The notes beneath the pieces are model-generated. The model did not search any database and was not told where the DNA came from. It saw only the letters and a program-made list of their open reading frames with translations. Below, in pieces: positions 1 to 11,141 of a DNA stretch of 64,000 bases. How positions within the stretch are numbered: the stretch's first letter is position 1; every line of letters starts with the position of its first letter. Both the position numbers and the translations under genes were made by a program. This DNA is from Sulfuricella sp. (lineage in GTDB: Bacteria; Pseudomonadota; Gammaproteobacteria; Burkholderiales; Sulfuricellaceae). The stretch spans positions 18,152 to 82,151 of the forward strand of contig JASJPA010000001.1 of the NCBI GenBank assembly GCA_031426955.1, written 5' to 3'.

Positions 1-1
1 G

Positions 2-1699
2 AAGTTGCCGGACGGTCGCGCGCGCATTCTGCTCTGGCTGCTGCTGGCGTGGTTTCTGGTCTTGATTGCGCGGGCCCTTTACCTGCAGGGGCTGAACAAC
101 GACTTCCTGCGGCAGAAGGGGGATGCGCGCTACAGCCGGGTAATCGAACTGACCGCGCACCGCGGCATGATCACCGACCGCAACGGCGAACCGCTGGCGA
201 TCAGCACGCCGGTGGAGTCGGTATGGGCCAGCCCGAAGGATTTTGAGATCACTCCGGAGCGGGTGCGGCAGTTAGGAAAAATCCTGGAAATGAGCGAAAG
301 CGACGTGGAGAGCCGCTTCACTCAAAGCCAGCGCGATTTTGTCTACCTCAAGCGCCAGGTACCGCCGGAAACCGCGGCACGGGTGATGCAGGTCGATGCG
401 CCGGGCGTATTCCTGCAACGCGAATATCGCCGCTACTACCCGGCCGGGGAGGTGGTGGCCCATCTGCTCGGCTTTACCGGCGTCGACGACAACGGCCAGG
501 AAGGGCTCGAACTGACCTACCAGGACTGGCTCGCGGGCAAGCCGGGCAGTCGCCACGTGATCAAGGATCGCCTCGGCCGTATCGTTGAGGACGTGGAAAG
601 CATTCGCGCACCGCAGGACGGGCATGATCTGGCGCTCAGCATCGACCGCAAGATCCAGTACCTCGCCTACCGCGAGCTGAAAGCGGCGGTCACCGCGCAC
701 AAGGCCAAGGCCGGCGCGATTGTGGTGCTTGACGCGAAGACCGGCGAAATCCTGGCGCTGGCCAACCTGCCTGCCTACAACCCCAACAACCGTGCCAAGC
801 TCAACCGCAACAGCACGCGCAACCGCGCGGTTACCGATATCTTCGAGCCGGGCTCGACGTTCAAGCCCTTTACCGCGGCGGCAGTGCTGGAGGCGGGGAA
901 ATTCAAGCCTGATTCACCGGTTCAGACCGCGCCCGGCACCTTCACCATCGGTTCGGCGACGATCCATGATGCTCATCCCAACGGGGTGCTGACGGTGGCG
1001 CAGGTGATCCAGAAGTCGAGCAACGTCGGCGCTGCCAAAATGGCGCTGTCGCTCGAACCCGAAACCCTGTGGAATGCTTTCGACCGGCTCGGCTTCGGCA
1101 AGCCGCCCCATGCCGGCTTTCCCGGCGAGGCGTCAGGCAGGCTGCGCCCCTACAAGACCTGGCGGCCGATCGAGCAGGCCACCATGGCTTACGGCCACGG
1201 CATTTCCGTCAGCCTGCTGCAACTGGCGCGCTCCTACATGGTGTTTGCCGGAGACGGCGAAATCAGGCCGGTCTCTTTGCTCAAGCTGGATGTCCCACCG
1301 GTAGGGGCGAAGGTGGTCGCGGCGGAAACCTCGCAAGCAGTGCGCAGCATGCTGGAACTGGTGGTGATGCCGGGTGGCACGGCGCCGCGCGCCCAAGTGA
1401 TGGGCTATCGCGTGGCGGGCAAGACCGGCACGGCGCACAAGGAAGAAAACGGCCGTTACTCGGCGGATCGATATATCGCTTCATTTGTCGGCCTGGCGCC
1501 GGCATCCAATCCGCGCCTGATCGTGGCGGTGATGATCGACGAGCCTTCCAATGGTCAGTATTACGGCGGCACGGTGGCCGCGCCGGTATTCAGCCAGGTG
1601 ATGTCGGCCGCGCTGCGCCTGCTTTCCGTGCCACCCGATGCCCCAACCAACAATATCCTTCCGCTGGAAGGCGCCCCCGAAGTGAAGGAGGTGGTATGA
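2..1699 (+). CDS. ftsI: Penicillin-binding protein 3 / septal transpeptidase; 5' end lies outside the window
   Basis: N-terminal TM segment, SxxK (STFK), SxN (SSN) and KTGT motifs; first gene of the dcw order. Confidence 0.97.
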   Translation, partial: KLPDGRARILLWLLLAWFLVLIARALYLQGLNNDFLRQKGDARYSRVIELTAHRGMITDRNGEPLAISTPVESVWASPKDFEITPERVRQLGKILEMSESDVESRFTQSQRDFVYLKRQVPPETAARVMQVDAPGVFLQREYRRYYPAGEVVAHLLGFTGVDDNGQEGLELTYQDWLAGKPGSRHVIKDRLGRIVEDVESIRAPQDGHDLALSIDRKIQYLAYRELKAAVTAHKAKAGAIVVLDAKTGEILALANLPAYNPNNRAKLNRNSTRNRAVTDIFEPGSTFKPFTAAAVLEAGKFKPDSPVQTAPGTFTIGSATIHDAHPNGVLTVAQVIQKSSNVGAAKMALSLEPETLWNAFDRLGFGKPPHAGFPGEASGRLRPYKTWRPIEQATMAYGHGISVSLLQLARSYMVFAGDGEIRPVSLLKLDVPPVGAKVVAAETSQAVRSMLELVVMPGGTAPRAQVMGYRVAGKTGTAHKEENGRYSADRYIASFVGLAPASNPRLIVAVMIDEPSNGQYYGGTVAAPVFSQVMSAALRLLSVPPDAPTNNILPLEGAPEVKEVV

Positions 1700-3276
1700 C
1701 TTCGGTGAGGGGTGAAGTGTCAGGGGTGAGGAGCGGCGTGGCAGCTTCCTTCATCGCTGCTCAACTGGGCGCAGAGGTGAAGCATCTGGCTGTCGATAGC
1801 CGGCAAGTCCGGCAGGGAGATACCTTCGTCGCCTGTCCAGGCGAAAGGCAGGATGGGCGCAAGTTCATCGCACAGGCCATTGCCGCCGGCGCCAACGCGG
1901 TGCTGTGGGAGCGCGAGGGTTTCGAGTGGAATGCCGAGTGGGAAGTGCCGAATCTTCCCGTCGATGGCTTGCGCGACAAAGTCGGCGAGATTGCCAGCCA
2001 GGTTTACGGCGAGCCGTCGCGCCAGTTGCGGACGATCGGCATCACCGGCACCAACGGCAAGACTTCGTGCTGCCACTGGATTGCCCAATGCCTGACCGAA
2101 CTGGGCAGAAAAACCGCCATGGTCGGCACGCTCGGCAACGGTTTTCCCGGTACGCTGGCGCCTGCCGCCAACACCACGCCGGATGCGGTCAGCCTGCATG
2201 CGCTATTGCGCGACTACCTGGCTGAGGACGCAAAATGTGTGGCGATGGAAGTGTCGTCCCACGGTCTGGCGCAGGGCCGGGTCAACGGCGTGCATTTTGA
2301 CATCGCCGTGCTCACCAACCTGTCGCGCGACCATCTGGATTACCACGGCGACATGGCGTCCTACGCTGCCGCCAAGGCCGGCCTGTTCGCGTGGCCGGAG
2401 CTGCAATACGCGGTGCTCAACATGGATGACCCGTTCGGCGTTGAACTGGCCGGCAAGCTGGGTTGCAGCGGCGTGCAGACGGTGGGCTACAGCGTCGAAG
2501 GAAGCGCCCCTCACCTCAATCCTCTCCCGCAAGCGGGAGAGGAGGCAAACGTAAAAGGCGCTTGTTTCGATCGTTGCCGGTTTGCCGTTCTGGCGCGCGA
2601 TCTGGTGACGGACGCTGAAGGCATCCGCTTCAAGGCGGTAACGCCATGGGGGACGGCACAGCTGAGCAGCAAGTTGCTCGGCCGCTTCAACGCTTCCAAC
2701 CTGCTGGCAGCGCTGGCGGTACTGCTGGTGAGCGGCATCGCACTGGAAGACGCGGTGCGCGAACTGGGCAAGGTTGAATCGGTTGCGGGCCGCATGCAGC
2801 GCCTGGGCGGCGAGGGCAAGCCGCTGGTGGTGGTGGACTACGCCCACACCCCGGATGCGCTGGAAAAGGTGCTCGGAACTTTGCGCGAAATCATGGGCGA
2901 CAAAAGCAGGTTGATCTGCGTATTCGGCTGCGGCGGCGAACGCGACCGCGGCAAGCGCCCGCTGATGGGAGCGGCGGCGTCGCGCCTGGCGGACAGCGTG
3001 ATCGTGACCAGCGACAACCCGCGCGGCGAGGATGCCCACGCCATCATCGACGAAATCATCGCCGGCATGGGCGCCAACTACCATGTGATCGATGACCGCG
3101 CTGCCGCCATAGACGCCGCGGTGCGCGGGGCGCAGCCGGATGACGTGGTGCTGATCGCCGGCAAGGGTCACGAGGATTACCAGGAAATCAAGGGCGTGAA
3201 ATGGCCCTTTGCCGATGCCGCTGTGGCACAACGAATTTTGTCCCAAATCGGGATTCCGACTTTAGCTATGCGCTGA
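1696..3276 (+). CDS. murE: UDP-MurNAc-tripeptide synthetase; start at ATG 1696 or GTG 1738
   Basis: ITGTNGKTS P-loop, VDYAHTPD and DNPR motifs; ATGA overlap with ftsI stop. Confidence 0.96.
   Translation: MTSVRGEVSGVRSGVAASFIAAQLGAEVKHLAVDSRQVRQGDTFVACPGERQDGRKFIAQAIAAGANAVLWEREGFEWNAEWEVPNLPVDGLRDKVGEIASQVYGEPSRQLRTIGITGTNGKTSCCHWIAQCLTELGRKTAMVGTLGNGFPGTLAPAANTTPDAVSLHALLRDYLAEDAKCVAMEVSSHGLAQGRVNGVHFDIAVLTNLSRDHLDYHGDMASYAAAKAGLFAWPELQYAVLNMDDPFGVELAGKLGCSGVQTVGYSVEGSAPHLNPLPQAGEEANVKGACFDRCRFAVLARDLVTDAEGIRFKAVTPWGTAQLSSKLLGRFNASNLLAALAVLLVSGIALEDAVRELGKVESVAGRMQRLGGEGKPLVVVDYAHTPDALEKVLGTLREIMGDKSRLICVFGCGGERDRGKRPLMGAAASRLADSVIVTSDNPRGEDAHAIIDEIIAGMGANYHVIDDRAAAIDAAVRGAQPDDVVLIAGKGHEDYQEIKGVKWPFADAAVAQRILSQIGIPTLAMR
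1705..1733 (+). repeat. Four degenerate GTGAGGR heptamers at the murE 5' end
   Basis: gtgaggg gtgaagt gtcaggg gtgagga; same unit as at 8429 and 12068. Confidence 0.75.
2496..2569. repeat. CCTCTCCC-type palindromic element inserted in frame in murE
   Basis: Perfect 10-bp stem CCTCTCCCGC-aa-GCGGGAGAGG (2521-2542) inside an imperfect 13-bp outer stem (2496-2508/2557-2569). Confidence 0.85.
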
Positions 3277-3310
3277 AGCGTATGAAAGATCGTATGCAAG
3301 GAAATGCAAC

Positions 3311-4687
3311 ATGTTAAGCCTGAGTGCAGCAGCCAAGGCCCTGAACGCTGAAACCAGCGGTGCGGACGTGACGTTCTCCGGCGTCACCACCGACAGCCGT
3401 GCGGTGGCGGCCGGCGATTTGTTCGTGGCGCTGAAGGGCGAACGTTTCGATGGGCACAATTACGTCAAGCAGGTGATGGAACAGGGCGCAGCCGCAGCAC
3501 TGGTGGAGCGGCGCGACCCGGCCTGGGGCGATTTCCCGCTGCTGGTTGTCAAGGATGCGCGCCTTGCTCTGGGTGAACTGGCCGGTTACTGGCGCAGCCG
3601 CTTCACCATTCCCGTGGTGGCGCTCACCGGCAGCAGCGGCAAGACCACGGTGAAGGAAATGATCGCAGCGATCCTGCGGGCTCAGACCGGCGTGGCCGAT
3701 CAGGTGCTCGCGACCAAGGGCAACCTCAACAACGACATCGGCATGCCGCTGACGCTGCTCGGATTGCGCGACACCCATCGCTACGCCGTGATCGAGATGG
3801 GCATGAACCATCCGGGCGAGATCGCGTATCTGTCCAGGATCGCCAGGCCCGATGTGGCGCTGATCATCAATGCCCAGGCCGCCCATCTGGCGGGTTTGGG
3901 CACGGTGGAGGCGGTGGCTCGTGCCAAGGGCGAGATTTTCCAGGGCCTGGCCGCCAACGGTACCGCCGTGATCAACGCCGACGACCCTCATGCGGCACTG
4001 TGGCAGGAACTGGCGGGGGCTCATCCCATCATCCGCTTCGGCCTCGAGCAGCAGGCAGAAGTGTCGGCCAGCTTCAAATTGCAGCCCTTCGGCAGTGCAA
4101 TCGAGGTGGTCACTCCCGCCGGTAAATTTGCTGTCGCCTTGCCGGTACCGGGCGAGCACAACGTGCGCAACGCCCTGGCGGCCACTGCCGTGGCTCAGGC
4201 TCTGGGTGTCGACAACGCAACCGTCGCCGCGGGGCTGGCAAAGGTTTCCAGCGTCAAGGGCCGGCTGCTGAAAAATCCCTGCCTGCACGGCGCCACCATG
4301 ATCGACGATACCTACAACGCCAACCCCGGCTCGGTACGGGCGGCGATCGCCGTGCTCGCCGGCATGCCGGGCAAGAAGGTGCTGGTGCTCGGCGACATGG
4401 GCGAACTGGGCGAAAACGCACGCGCGCTGCATGCCGAAATCGGCGCGGCGGCGAAGGCGGCCGGGATCGACCTGCTGTTCACCCTGGGCGATCTGAGCGC
4501 CGCTGCTGCGCAGGCTTTCGGCGAGGGCGGACGGCATTTCGAATATATCGAGGACCTGCTGCACGATATCGAAAACCTGCTGGCGCCGGATGTGACGGTA
4601 CTGGTGAAGGGGTCGCGTTTCATGCAGATGGAGCGGGTAGTGAAAAGTTTCGAGCTGAAGGGGGATTCGACATGCTGCTCGCACTGA
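3311..4687 (+). CDS. murF: UDP-MurNAc-pentapeptide synthetase
   Basis: [23 protein letters not shown] and GDMGELG motifs. Confidence 0.97.
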   Translation: MLSLSAAAKALNAETSGADVTFSGVTTDSRAVAAGDLFVALKGERFDGHNYVKQVMEQGAAAALVERRDPAWGDFPLLVVKDARLALGELAGYWRSRFTIPVVALTGSSGKTTVKEMIAAILRAQTGVADQVLATKGNLNNDIGMPLTLLGLRDTHRYAVIEMGMNHPGEIAYLSRIARPDVALIINAQAAHLAGLGTVEAVARAKGEIFQGLAANGTAVINADDPHAALWQELAGAHPIIRFGLEQQAEVSASFKLQPFGSAIEVVTPAGKFAVALPVPGEHNVRNALAATAVAQALGVDNATVAAGLAKVSSVKGRLLKNPCLHGATMIDDTYNANPGSVRAAIAVLAGMPGKKVLVLGDMGELGENARALHAEIGAAAKAAGIDLLFTLGDLSAAAAQAFGEGGRHFEYIEDLLHDIENLLAPDVTVLVKGSRFMQMERVVKSFELKGDSTCCSH

Positions 4688-5757
4688 CCCAATGGCTGGG
4701 GCACGACATTCGCGCCTTCAACGTGTTCAGTTACATCACGCTGCGCGCGGTGCTGGCGATGCTGACCGCGCTGATGATCTCGTTCATCGTCGGTCCGACC
4801 ATGATCCGCAAGCTCACCGCCTACAAGATCGGCCAGTCGGTACGCGACGACGGTCCGCAGACGCATCTGGTCAAGGCGGGAACGCCGACCATGGGCGGCG
4901 CGCTGATCCTGGTTGCGATGGCGATTTCCACCCTGCTCTGGGCGGACCTGAGAAACACTTATGTCTGGGTCGTGCTGGCCACCACGCTGGGATTCGGTGC
5001 AATCGGCTGGGTCGATGACTGGCGCAAGGTGGTGCATCGCAATCCCAAGGGGCTGTCGGCCAAGGCCAAGTATTTCTGGCAGTCGCTGATCGGAGTTAGT
5101 GTTGCCGCGTTCCTTGCCATGACGGCCACGCTGCCGGCCCATACCGAACTGATCGTGCCCTTCTTCAAGATGCTGACGATTCCTCTCGGCGGCGTGGGCT
5201 TCGTCGTGCTGACCTATTTCGTCATCGTCGGCAGCAGCAACGCGGTCAACCTCACCGACGGGCTGGATGGCCTGGCGATCATGCCGACGGTGATGGTGGC
5301 GGGCGCGCTGGCGCTTTTCGCCTACGTTGCCGGCCACTTCGTTTTTTCGCGTTACCTCGGTGTTCCCTACGTGCCGGGCGCCGGCGAATTGGCCGTGTTC
5401 TGCACCGCCCTGGCCGGAGCCGGTCTGGGGTTCCTCTGGTTCAATGCCTACCCCGCCGAAGTGTTCATGGGCGATGTGGGCGCGCTGGCGCTGGGCGCCG
5501 CGATCGGCGTGGTGGCGGTGATCGTGCGGCAGGAGATCGTCCTGTTCGTGATGGGCGGAGTGTTCGTGGTGGAAACCCTGTCGGTAGTGCTCCAGGTGGC
5601 GTCGTTCAAGCTTACCGGCAAGCGCATCTTCCGCATGGCGCCTCTGCATCACCATTATGAGTTGAAGGGCTGGAAAGAAAACCAGGTGGTGGTTCGCTTC
5701 TGGATCATATCGATGATGCTGGTGCTGGTGGGGTTGTCCACCCTGAAACTGAGATGA
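4672..5757 (+). CDS. mraY: Phospho-MurNAc-pentapeptide transferase
   Basis: Multi-TM; [16 protein letters not shown] and MAPLHHHYE motifs. Confidence 0.98.
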   Translation: MLLALTQWLGHDIRAFNVFSYITLRAVLAMLTALMISFIVGPTMIRKLTAYKIGQSVRDDGPQTHLVKAGTPTMGGALILVAMAISTLLWADLRNTYVWVVLATTLGFGAIGWVDDWRKVVHRNPKGLSAKAKYFWQSLIGVSVAAFLAMTATLPAHTELIVPFFKMLTIPLGGVGFVVLTYFVIVGSSNAVNLTDGLDGLAIMPTVMVAGALALFAYVAGHFVFSRYLGVPYVPGAGELAVFCTALAGAGLGFLWFNAYPAEVFMGDVGALALGAAIGVVAVIVRQEIVLFVMGGVFVVETLSVVLQVASFKLTGKRIFRMAPLHHHYELKGWKENQVVVRFWIISMMLVLVGLSTLKLR

Positions 5758-5763
5758 GTAGGC

Positions 5764-5844
5764 GTAGGTCGGGCACCCCGTGCCCGACAAACCCAAATCA
5801 CCATACCCCCAAATTATTTGTTGGGCACGGGGTGCCCAACCTAC
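5764..5844. repeat. GTAG-family REP doublet (REPIN-like)
   Basis: GTAGGTCGGGCACCCCGTGCCCGAC (5764-5788) with inverted copy GTTGGGCACGGGGTGCCCAACCTAC (5820-5844). Confidence 0.9.
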
Positions 5845-5868
5845 ATGGCTTTCGACGTTGAAATTGAG

Positions 5869-7257
5869 ATGAGCTTGAACCTCGAACATAAAAAAGTGCT
5901 GGTGGTGGGGCTGGGCGACACCGGCCTCTCCATGGCGCGCTGGCTGGACGCGAGAGGCGCGGTCGTGGCTGTCGCCGACTCGCGCGACAACCCGCCCCAC
6001 GCCGCACGCCTTCAGGCTGAACTGCCTGGCGTGCCGCTATTCACCGGCAAGCTCAGGGAAGAAGTCTTCCGCAATGCCGACCTGCTCGCGGTCAGTCCGG
6101 GCGTTTCCCTGCGCGAACCGGCCGTTGCCGATGCGCTGGCGCACGGCGTGGAAGTGGTCGGGGATGTCGAGCTGTTTGCTCAGGCACTCAGGACTCAGGA
6201 CTTGGAACTCCGGACTCGGGTTCTGGCCATTACCGGCTCCAATGGCAAGAGCACGGTGACCGAGATGGTCGGTGCGATGTGCAAGAAGGCCGGCCTGCAT
6301 ACGGTCGTGGCGGGAAATATCGGCCTGCCGGTGCTGGATGCATTGGGCGATCTGGATCAGCGCGGCGAGACCGCCGACGTGTTCGTTATCGAACTCTCCA
6401 GTTTCCAGCTGGAAACCACGCACACCCTGAACCCGGCTGCAGCGACCGTGCTCAACGTGACCGAAGACCACATGGACCGCTACAACGGCATGGAGGATTA
6501 CGCCGCGGCCAAAGAGCGCATTTTTGCCGGCAACGGCATTCAGGTGCTGAACCGGGAAGACCGCTACAGCTTGGCGATGGCGAAGCCCGATCGCAGGGTG
6601 ATGACGTTTGGCCTGGATGCGCCACAAAAACCCGAGGACTGGGGTTTGCTGGACGACGAGAACGGCCCGTGGCTGTCGCAGGGCGGAAATCGGCTGATGC
6701 CGTTAGCCGATCTGCCGCTTGCCGGCTTGCACAACGCGGCCAATGCGCTGGCCGCTCTGGCCTTGTGCCGCGCCATCGACCTGCCGCTCCAGCCCCTGAT
6801 CGAGGCGCTGCGCGAATTCAAGGGCTTGCCGCACCGGGTGGAGAAAGTGGCGGAGATTAATGGGGTGACCTTCTATGACGATTCCAAGGGAACCAACGTA
6901 GGAGCCACGGTGGCGGCGCTCAACGGCATGCCGTGCAAAGTGGTGCTGATTGCCGGCGGCGATGGCAAGGGCCAGGATTTCGGCCCGCTAGCACCGGCAG
7001 TGTCTGCCCATGCCCGAGCCGTCGTGCTGATCGGCCGCGATGGCCCAATAATCGGTGCGGCCCTGGCCGGCTGTGGCGTGCCCCTTCTCTCTGCTGCGAA
7101 TATGGAGGAGGCGGTGATCCTGGGATTCGAGCAGGCCCAGCCGGGTGACGCGGTGCTGCTGTCGCCGGCCTGCGCCAGTTTCGACATGTTCCGCAACTAC
7201 GAACATCGCGCCCAGGTATTTATCGCCGCAGTCAAAAAACTGGAGGAGGAAGCATGA
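5869..7257 (+). CDS. murD: UDP-MurNAc-L-Ala:D-Glu ligase; likely start ATG 5869
   Basis: [26 protein letters not shown] and SPACASFD motifs. Confidence 0.97.
   Translation: MSLNLEHKKVLVVGLGDTGLSMARWLDARGAVVAVADSRDNPPHAARLQAELPGVPLFTGKLREEVFRNADLLAVSPGVSLREPAVADALAHGVEVVGDVELFAQALRTQDLELRTRVLAITGSNGKSTVTEMVGAMCKKAGLHTVVAGNIGLPVLDALGDLDQRGETADVFVIELSSFQLETTHTLNPAAATVLNVTEDHMDRYNGMEDYAAAKERIFAGNGIQVLNREDRYSLAMAKPDRRVMTFGLDAPQKPEDWGLLDDENGPWLSQGGNRLMPLADLPLAGLHNAANALAALALCRAIDLPLQPLIEALREFKGLPHRVEKVAEINGVTFYDDSKGTNVGATVAALNGMPCKVVLIAGGDGKGQDFGPLAPAVSAHARAVVLIGRDGPIIGAALAGCGVPLLSAANMEEAVILGFEQAQPGDAVLLSPACASFDMFRNYEHRAQVFIAAVKKLEEEA
6186..6220 (+). repeat. Five ACTCAGG-like heptamers inside murD
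   Basis: actcagg actcagg acttgga actccgg actcggg, read as TQDLELRTR just before the P-loop strand. Confidence 0.7.
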
Positions 7258-8417
7258 ATTCCTATTCTCCGGTAGCCGCCCAGCACGCCAGACCCGACTA
7301 CGACCGCACCCTGCTGTGGCTGGTGATCCTGCTGCTCGGTTTCGGGCTGGTGATGGTGTATTCCTCCTCGATCGCCATCGCCGCAGCGAGCAAACACACC
7401 GGTTTCCAGGAAAGCTATTACCTGGTGCGGCAGGCAGTTTTCCTCGGCGTCGGTGCCTTGTTCGGCCTGTTTGCCTTCCAGGTGCCGAACAAGGTGTTGC
7501 AGGAAACCGCGCCCTATTTGTTCCTTTCCGGCCTGGTGCTGCTGGTGCTGGTGCTGATTCCCGGCATCGGTCGCGAGGTCAACGGCAGCCAGCGCTGGCT
7601 GTCACTGGTGGTGATCAATCTGCAGCCGTCCGAGTTCATGAAGCTGTTCGCGGTGCTCTACGCCGCCGATTACACGGTGCGCAAGGCGGCTTACATGGAC
7701 AACATCAAGAAGGGCTTCCTGCCGATGTTCATGGTGATGCTGCTGGTCGGCGGCCTGCTGCTGCGGGAACCGGATTTCGGCGCCTTCGCCGTGATCACCA
7801 GCATCGCCATGGCGATACTGTTCCTCGGCGGCATGAACTGGCGGCTGTTCGCCGGCCTCATCGCCATGCTGCTGGTGGGCTTCCTGGTGCTGATCTGGAC
7901 CTCGCCCTACCGCATGCAGCGCATTATCGGATTCATGGATCCCTGGGCCGACCCCTACGGCAAGGGCTACCAGCTTTCCCACGCGCTGATCGCCTTCGGC
8001 CGCGGCGAATGGTACGGAGTCGGTCTGGGCGCGAGCGTCGAAAAACTGTTCTATCTGCCGGAAGCGCACACCGACTTCCTGCTCGCAGTGATCGCCGAAG
8101 AGCTCGGGTTTGCCGGTGTCGCCGTGGTGCTCCTGCTGTTCGTCTGGCTGACCGTCCGCGCTTTCTCCATCGGCCGCCAGGCGGCCGGGATCGACCGCCA
8201 TTTTGCCGCACTGGTGGCCTACGGAATCGGCATCTGGCTGGCGGTGCAGGCGATCATCAACATGGGCGTGAACATGGGCCTGTTGCCGACCAAGGGCCTG
8301 ACCCTGCCCTTGCTGTCATTCGGCGGCAGCGGAATTGCCGCCAACTGCACTGCGATAGGGGTGCTGCTGCGGGTGGACTGGGAGAACCGGCAGGTGATGA
8401 AGGGGTACTCGGTATGA
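7254..8417 (+). CDS. ftsW: SEDS-family peptidoglycan polymerase
   Basis: Multi-TM; [15 protein letters not shown] and SFGGS motifs. Confidence 0.97.
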   Translation: MNSYSPVAAQHARPDYDRTLLWLVILLLGFGLVMVYSSSIAIAAASKHTGFQESYYLVRQAVFLGVGALFGLFAFQVPNKVLQETAPYLFLSGLVLLVLVLIPGIGREVNGSQRWLSLVVINLQPSEFMKLFAVLYAADYTVRKAAYMDNIKKGFLPMFMVMLLVGGLLLREPDFGAFAVITSIAMAILFLGGMNWRLFAGLIAMLLVGFLVLIWTSPYRMQRIIGFMDPWADPYGKGYQLSHALIAFGRGEWYGVGLGASVEKLFYLPEAHTDFLLAVIAEELGFAGVAVVLLLFVWLTVRAFSIGRQAAGIDRHFAALVAYGIGIWLAVQAIINMGVNMGLLPTKGLTLPLLSFGGSGIAANCTAIGVLLRVDWENRQVMKGYSV

Positions 8418-9619
8418 GTCATGAAGAAGTGAGGAGTGAGGGGTTAGGGGTGAGGAGTAAAACCTCCCACCGCGCCGCCTTTGACTCTACTCCTCACTCC
8501 TCACGCCTCACTCCTCACGGGGTTTCACGCACCATCCTCATCATGGCGGGCGGCACCGGCGGGCACGTGTTCCCGGCCCTGGCCGTGGCGGATTATCTGA
8601 AAGGGCGCGACTGGAACGTGGTGTGGCTGGGCACCCGTGCCGGCATGGAAGCGCGGCTGGTGCCGGAAAAGGGTTACGAAATGGCCTGGGTCAAGTTCGC
8701 CGGCATGCGCGGCAAGGGCGTGTTGCGCTGGGCGGCGCTGCCGCTCATGCTGCTGCTGGCGATGTGGCAGAGTGCGGCGGCGATATTCCGCATCCGCCCC
8801 GATGTGGTGCTCGGCATGGGCGGCTTCACGGCTTTCCCCGGCGGCCTGATGGCTTCCCTGCTGGCCAAGCCCCTGGTGATCCACGAGCAGAACTCAGTGG
8901 CCGGTCTGACCAACCGGGTGCTGGCCTGCCTCGCCGATCGTATCATGGTGGGCTTCCCGTCGGCCTTCAACAACCCCGGCGACAAGCCGATCGGCTGCCG
9001 CAAACCGGCTTTTGACTGGTGCGGCAATCCAGTGCGCGCCGATATCGCCGCCCTGCCTGCTCCTGAACAACGGATGGCCGGTCGTCAGGGCAAGCTGCGC
9101 CTGCTGGTGGTTGGCGGCAGCCTGGGTGCTGCGGCGTTGAACGATGCGGTGCCGCAGGCGCTGGCGCTGATTGCAGAAGCCGACCGTCCCGAGGTGATCC
9201 ATCAGTCCGGCGCCAGGAACCTGGAAAAGCTCAGTGCCAACTATGCCGCTGCCGGTGTCGCCGCCGACGCCCGCGCCTTCATCGACGACATGGCTCAGAT
9301 GTATGCCTGGTGCGACGTGATCGTGTGCCGGGCGGGAGCGCTGACCCTGGCCGAAGTGACTGCCGCCGGTGTGGCCAGCGTGCTGGTGCCTTACCCGCAC
9401 GCGGTGGACGACCACCAAACCGGCAACGCCCGCTTCCTGAGCGAGAACGGCGCGGCGGTGCTGCTGCCGCAGACCGAATTGAACGCGGAAAAACTGGCGG
9501 AACTGCTGCATGGTTTTACCCGCGAGAAGTTGCTGGCGATGGCGCAGGCGGCGAAAAAATTGGCCAAGCCAGAAGCCACGGCGGACGTGGCGAGGGTGTG
9601 CATGGAGCTGGCGAAATGA
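8414..9619 (+). CDS. murG: Lipid II GlcNAc transferase with a repeat-derived N-terminal insertion
   Basis: AGGTGGH, HEQN and DDHQTGNA motifs; ATGA overlap with ftsW stop. Confidence 0.96.
   Translation: MSHEEVRSEGLGVRSKTSHRAAFDSTPHSSRLTPHGVSRTILIMAGGTGGHVFPALAVADYLKGRDWNVVWLGTRAGMEARLVPEKGYEMAWVKFAGMRGKGVLRWAALPLMLLLAMWQSAAAIFRIRPDVVLGMGGFTAFPGGLMASLLAKPLVIHEQNSVAGLTNRVLACLADRIMVGFPSAFNNPGDKPIGCRKPAFDWCGNPVRADIAALPAPEQRMAGRQGKLRLLVVGGSLGAAALNDAVPQALALIAEADRPEVIHQSGARNLEKLSANYAAAGVAADARAFIDDMAQMYAWCDVIVCRAGALTLAEVTAAGVASVLVPYPHAVDDHQTGNARFLSENGAAVLLPQTELNAEKLAELLHGFTREKLLAMAQAAKKLAKPEATADVARVCMELAK
8429..8518. repeat. Heptamer-built inverted repeat (31-bp arms) inside the murG 5' coding region
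   Basis: Left arm 8429-8459 gtgaggagtgaggggttaggggtgaggagta; right arm 8488-8518 tactcctcactcctcacgcctcactcctcac. Confidence 0.92.
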
Positions 9620-9630
9620 ATATTTATTTG

Positions 9631-9735
9631 AACCGCAGAGGCGCAGAGACGCAGAGAAACGCAAAAACAAATGCAAGGGCTCTGCGTATGCAAAGGAATT
9701 CTTGGTTTTCTCCGCGTCTCTGCGCCTCTGCGGTT
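9631..9735. repeat. CGCAGAGR octamer-built inverted repeat between murG and murC
   Basis: 29-bp arms at 9631-9659 and 9707-9735 with one mismatch. Confidence 0.92.
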
Positions 9736-9749
9736 AAGGGTTTAAAAAC

Positions 9750-11138
9750 ATGAAACACAAAGTCAAACACGTCCATTTCGTAGGCATCGGCGGCGTCGGC
9801 ATGAGCGGTATCGCCGAGGTGCTGCTCAACCTGGGTTACGAAGTAAGCGGTTCCGATCTGGGCGACAACGTCGCCACGCGTCGGCTGAAGAGTCTGGGCG
9901 CCCAGGTGTATCAGGGCCACGCCGCCAGCAATCTGGAGCGCGCCGATGTGGTGGTGATCTCCACCGCGGTCCAGGCCGACAACCCGGAAGTGGCGGCAGC
10001 GCGGGAGCGCAACATCCCGGTGGTGCCGCGCGCCATGATGCTGGCGGAGCTGATGCGCTTCAAGCAAGGCATTGCGGTGGCCGGCACCCACGGCAAGACC
10101 ACGACCACCAGCCTGATCGCCAGCATCCTCGGCGAGGCGGGCATGGACCCGACTTTCGTTATCGGTGGCAAGCTGGAGGCGGCCGGCGCCAATGCGCGGC
10201 TGGGCCAAGGCGAATTCATCGTCGCCGAGGCGGACGAGTCCGATGCCTCCTTCCTCTACCTGACTCCGGTGATGGCGGTGGTGACCAATATCGATGCCGA
10301 TCACATGGAAACCTACGGCCACGATTTCGGCCGGCTGAAGCAGGCCTTCGTCGATTTCATCCAGCGCCTGCCGTTCTACGGCATGGCGGTGCTGTGCGCC
10401 GACGATGCCAACGTGCGCGAGATCATGCCGCGCATCACCAAGCAGGTAACCACCTACGGCGTGTCAGAATCGGCGCAGGTGCGCGCGACCGACATCAGCC
10501 ATTGCGGTGGCCAGATGTGCTTCAAGGTGCAGCGCGCCGGCCAGCCGGAACTGGCGGTCACGCTCAATTTTCCCGGCCAGCACAACGTACTGAATGCGCT
10601 GGCGGCGATTGCGGTGGCGATGGAAGTGGGCGCGCCGGATGCCGCCATCGTCAAGGGATTGGCCGAATTCCGCGGCGTCGGCCGGCGTTTCGAACGGTAT
10701 GGCGAGGTTTTCCTGCCGAGCGGCGGCAGCTTCACCCTGATTGACGATTACGGTCACCACCCGGTGGAAATGGCGGCAACACTGGCGGCGGCGCGCGGTG
10801 CCTTTCCCGGCCGGCGGCTGGTGTTGGCATTCCAGCCGCACCGTTACACCCGTACTCGCGATTTGTTCGAGGATTTCGTCAAGGTGCTGTCTACCGTCGA
10901 CGCCCTGCTGCTGACCGAAGTCTACCCGGCCGGCGAAGCGCCGATCGTGGCCGCAGACGGCAGAGCATTGGCGCGTGCCATCCGGGTGGCGGGCAAGGTC
11001 GAGCCGATTTTCCTGGAGTCCGCGGTGGAACTGCCGCAGGCAATCATGAATGCGGTACGGGACGGCGATGTGGTGCTGACCATGGGCGCCGGGTCGATCG
11101 GCCAGGTGCCGGCAAAGCTGGTGAAGGGTGATGAGTGA
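9750..11138 (+). CDS. murC: UDP-MurNAc:L-Ala ligase
   Basis: [25 protein letters not shown] and DDYGHHP motifs. Confidence 0.98.
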   Translation: MKHKVKHVHFVGIGGVGMSGIAEVLLNLGYEVSGSDLGDNVATRRLKSLGAQVYQGHAASNLERADVVVISTAVQADNPEVAAARERNIPVVPRAMMLAELMRFKQGIAVAGTHGKTTTTSLIASILGEAGMDPTFVIGGKLEAAGANARLGQGEFIVAEADESDASFLYLTPVMAVVTNIDADHMETYGHDFGRLKQAFVDFIQRLPFYGMAVLCADDANVREIMPRITKQVTTYGVSESAQVRATDISHCGGQMCFKVQRAGQPELAVTLNFPGQHNVLNALAAIAVAMEVGAPDAAIVKGLAEFRGVGRRFERYGEVFLPSGGSFTLIDDYGHHPVEMAATLAAARGAFPGRRLVLAFQPHRYTRTRDLFEDFVKVLSTVDALLLTEVYPAGEAPIVAADGRALARAIRVAGKVEPIFLESAVELPQAIMNAVRDGDVVLTMGAGSIGQVPAKLVKGDE

Positions 11139-11141
11139 TGA
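11121..11141 (+). repeat. Heptamer remnant (gtgaagg gtgatga gtgatga) forming the murC 3' end and stop
   Basis: Three tandem heptamers encode VKGDE and the TGA at 11136-11138. Confidence 0.55.

Noticed and set aside
1069-9619. Apparent long N-terminal fusions in the ORF track (1069-3276 for murE, 7145-9619 for murG)
   Set aside because: Stop-free alternative frames overlapping ftsI and ftsW; real starts are the ATGA-coupled codons at 1696 and 8414
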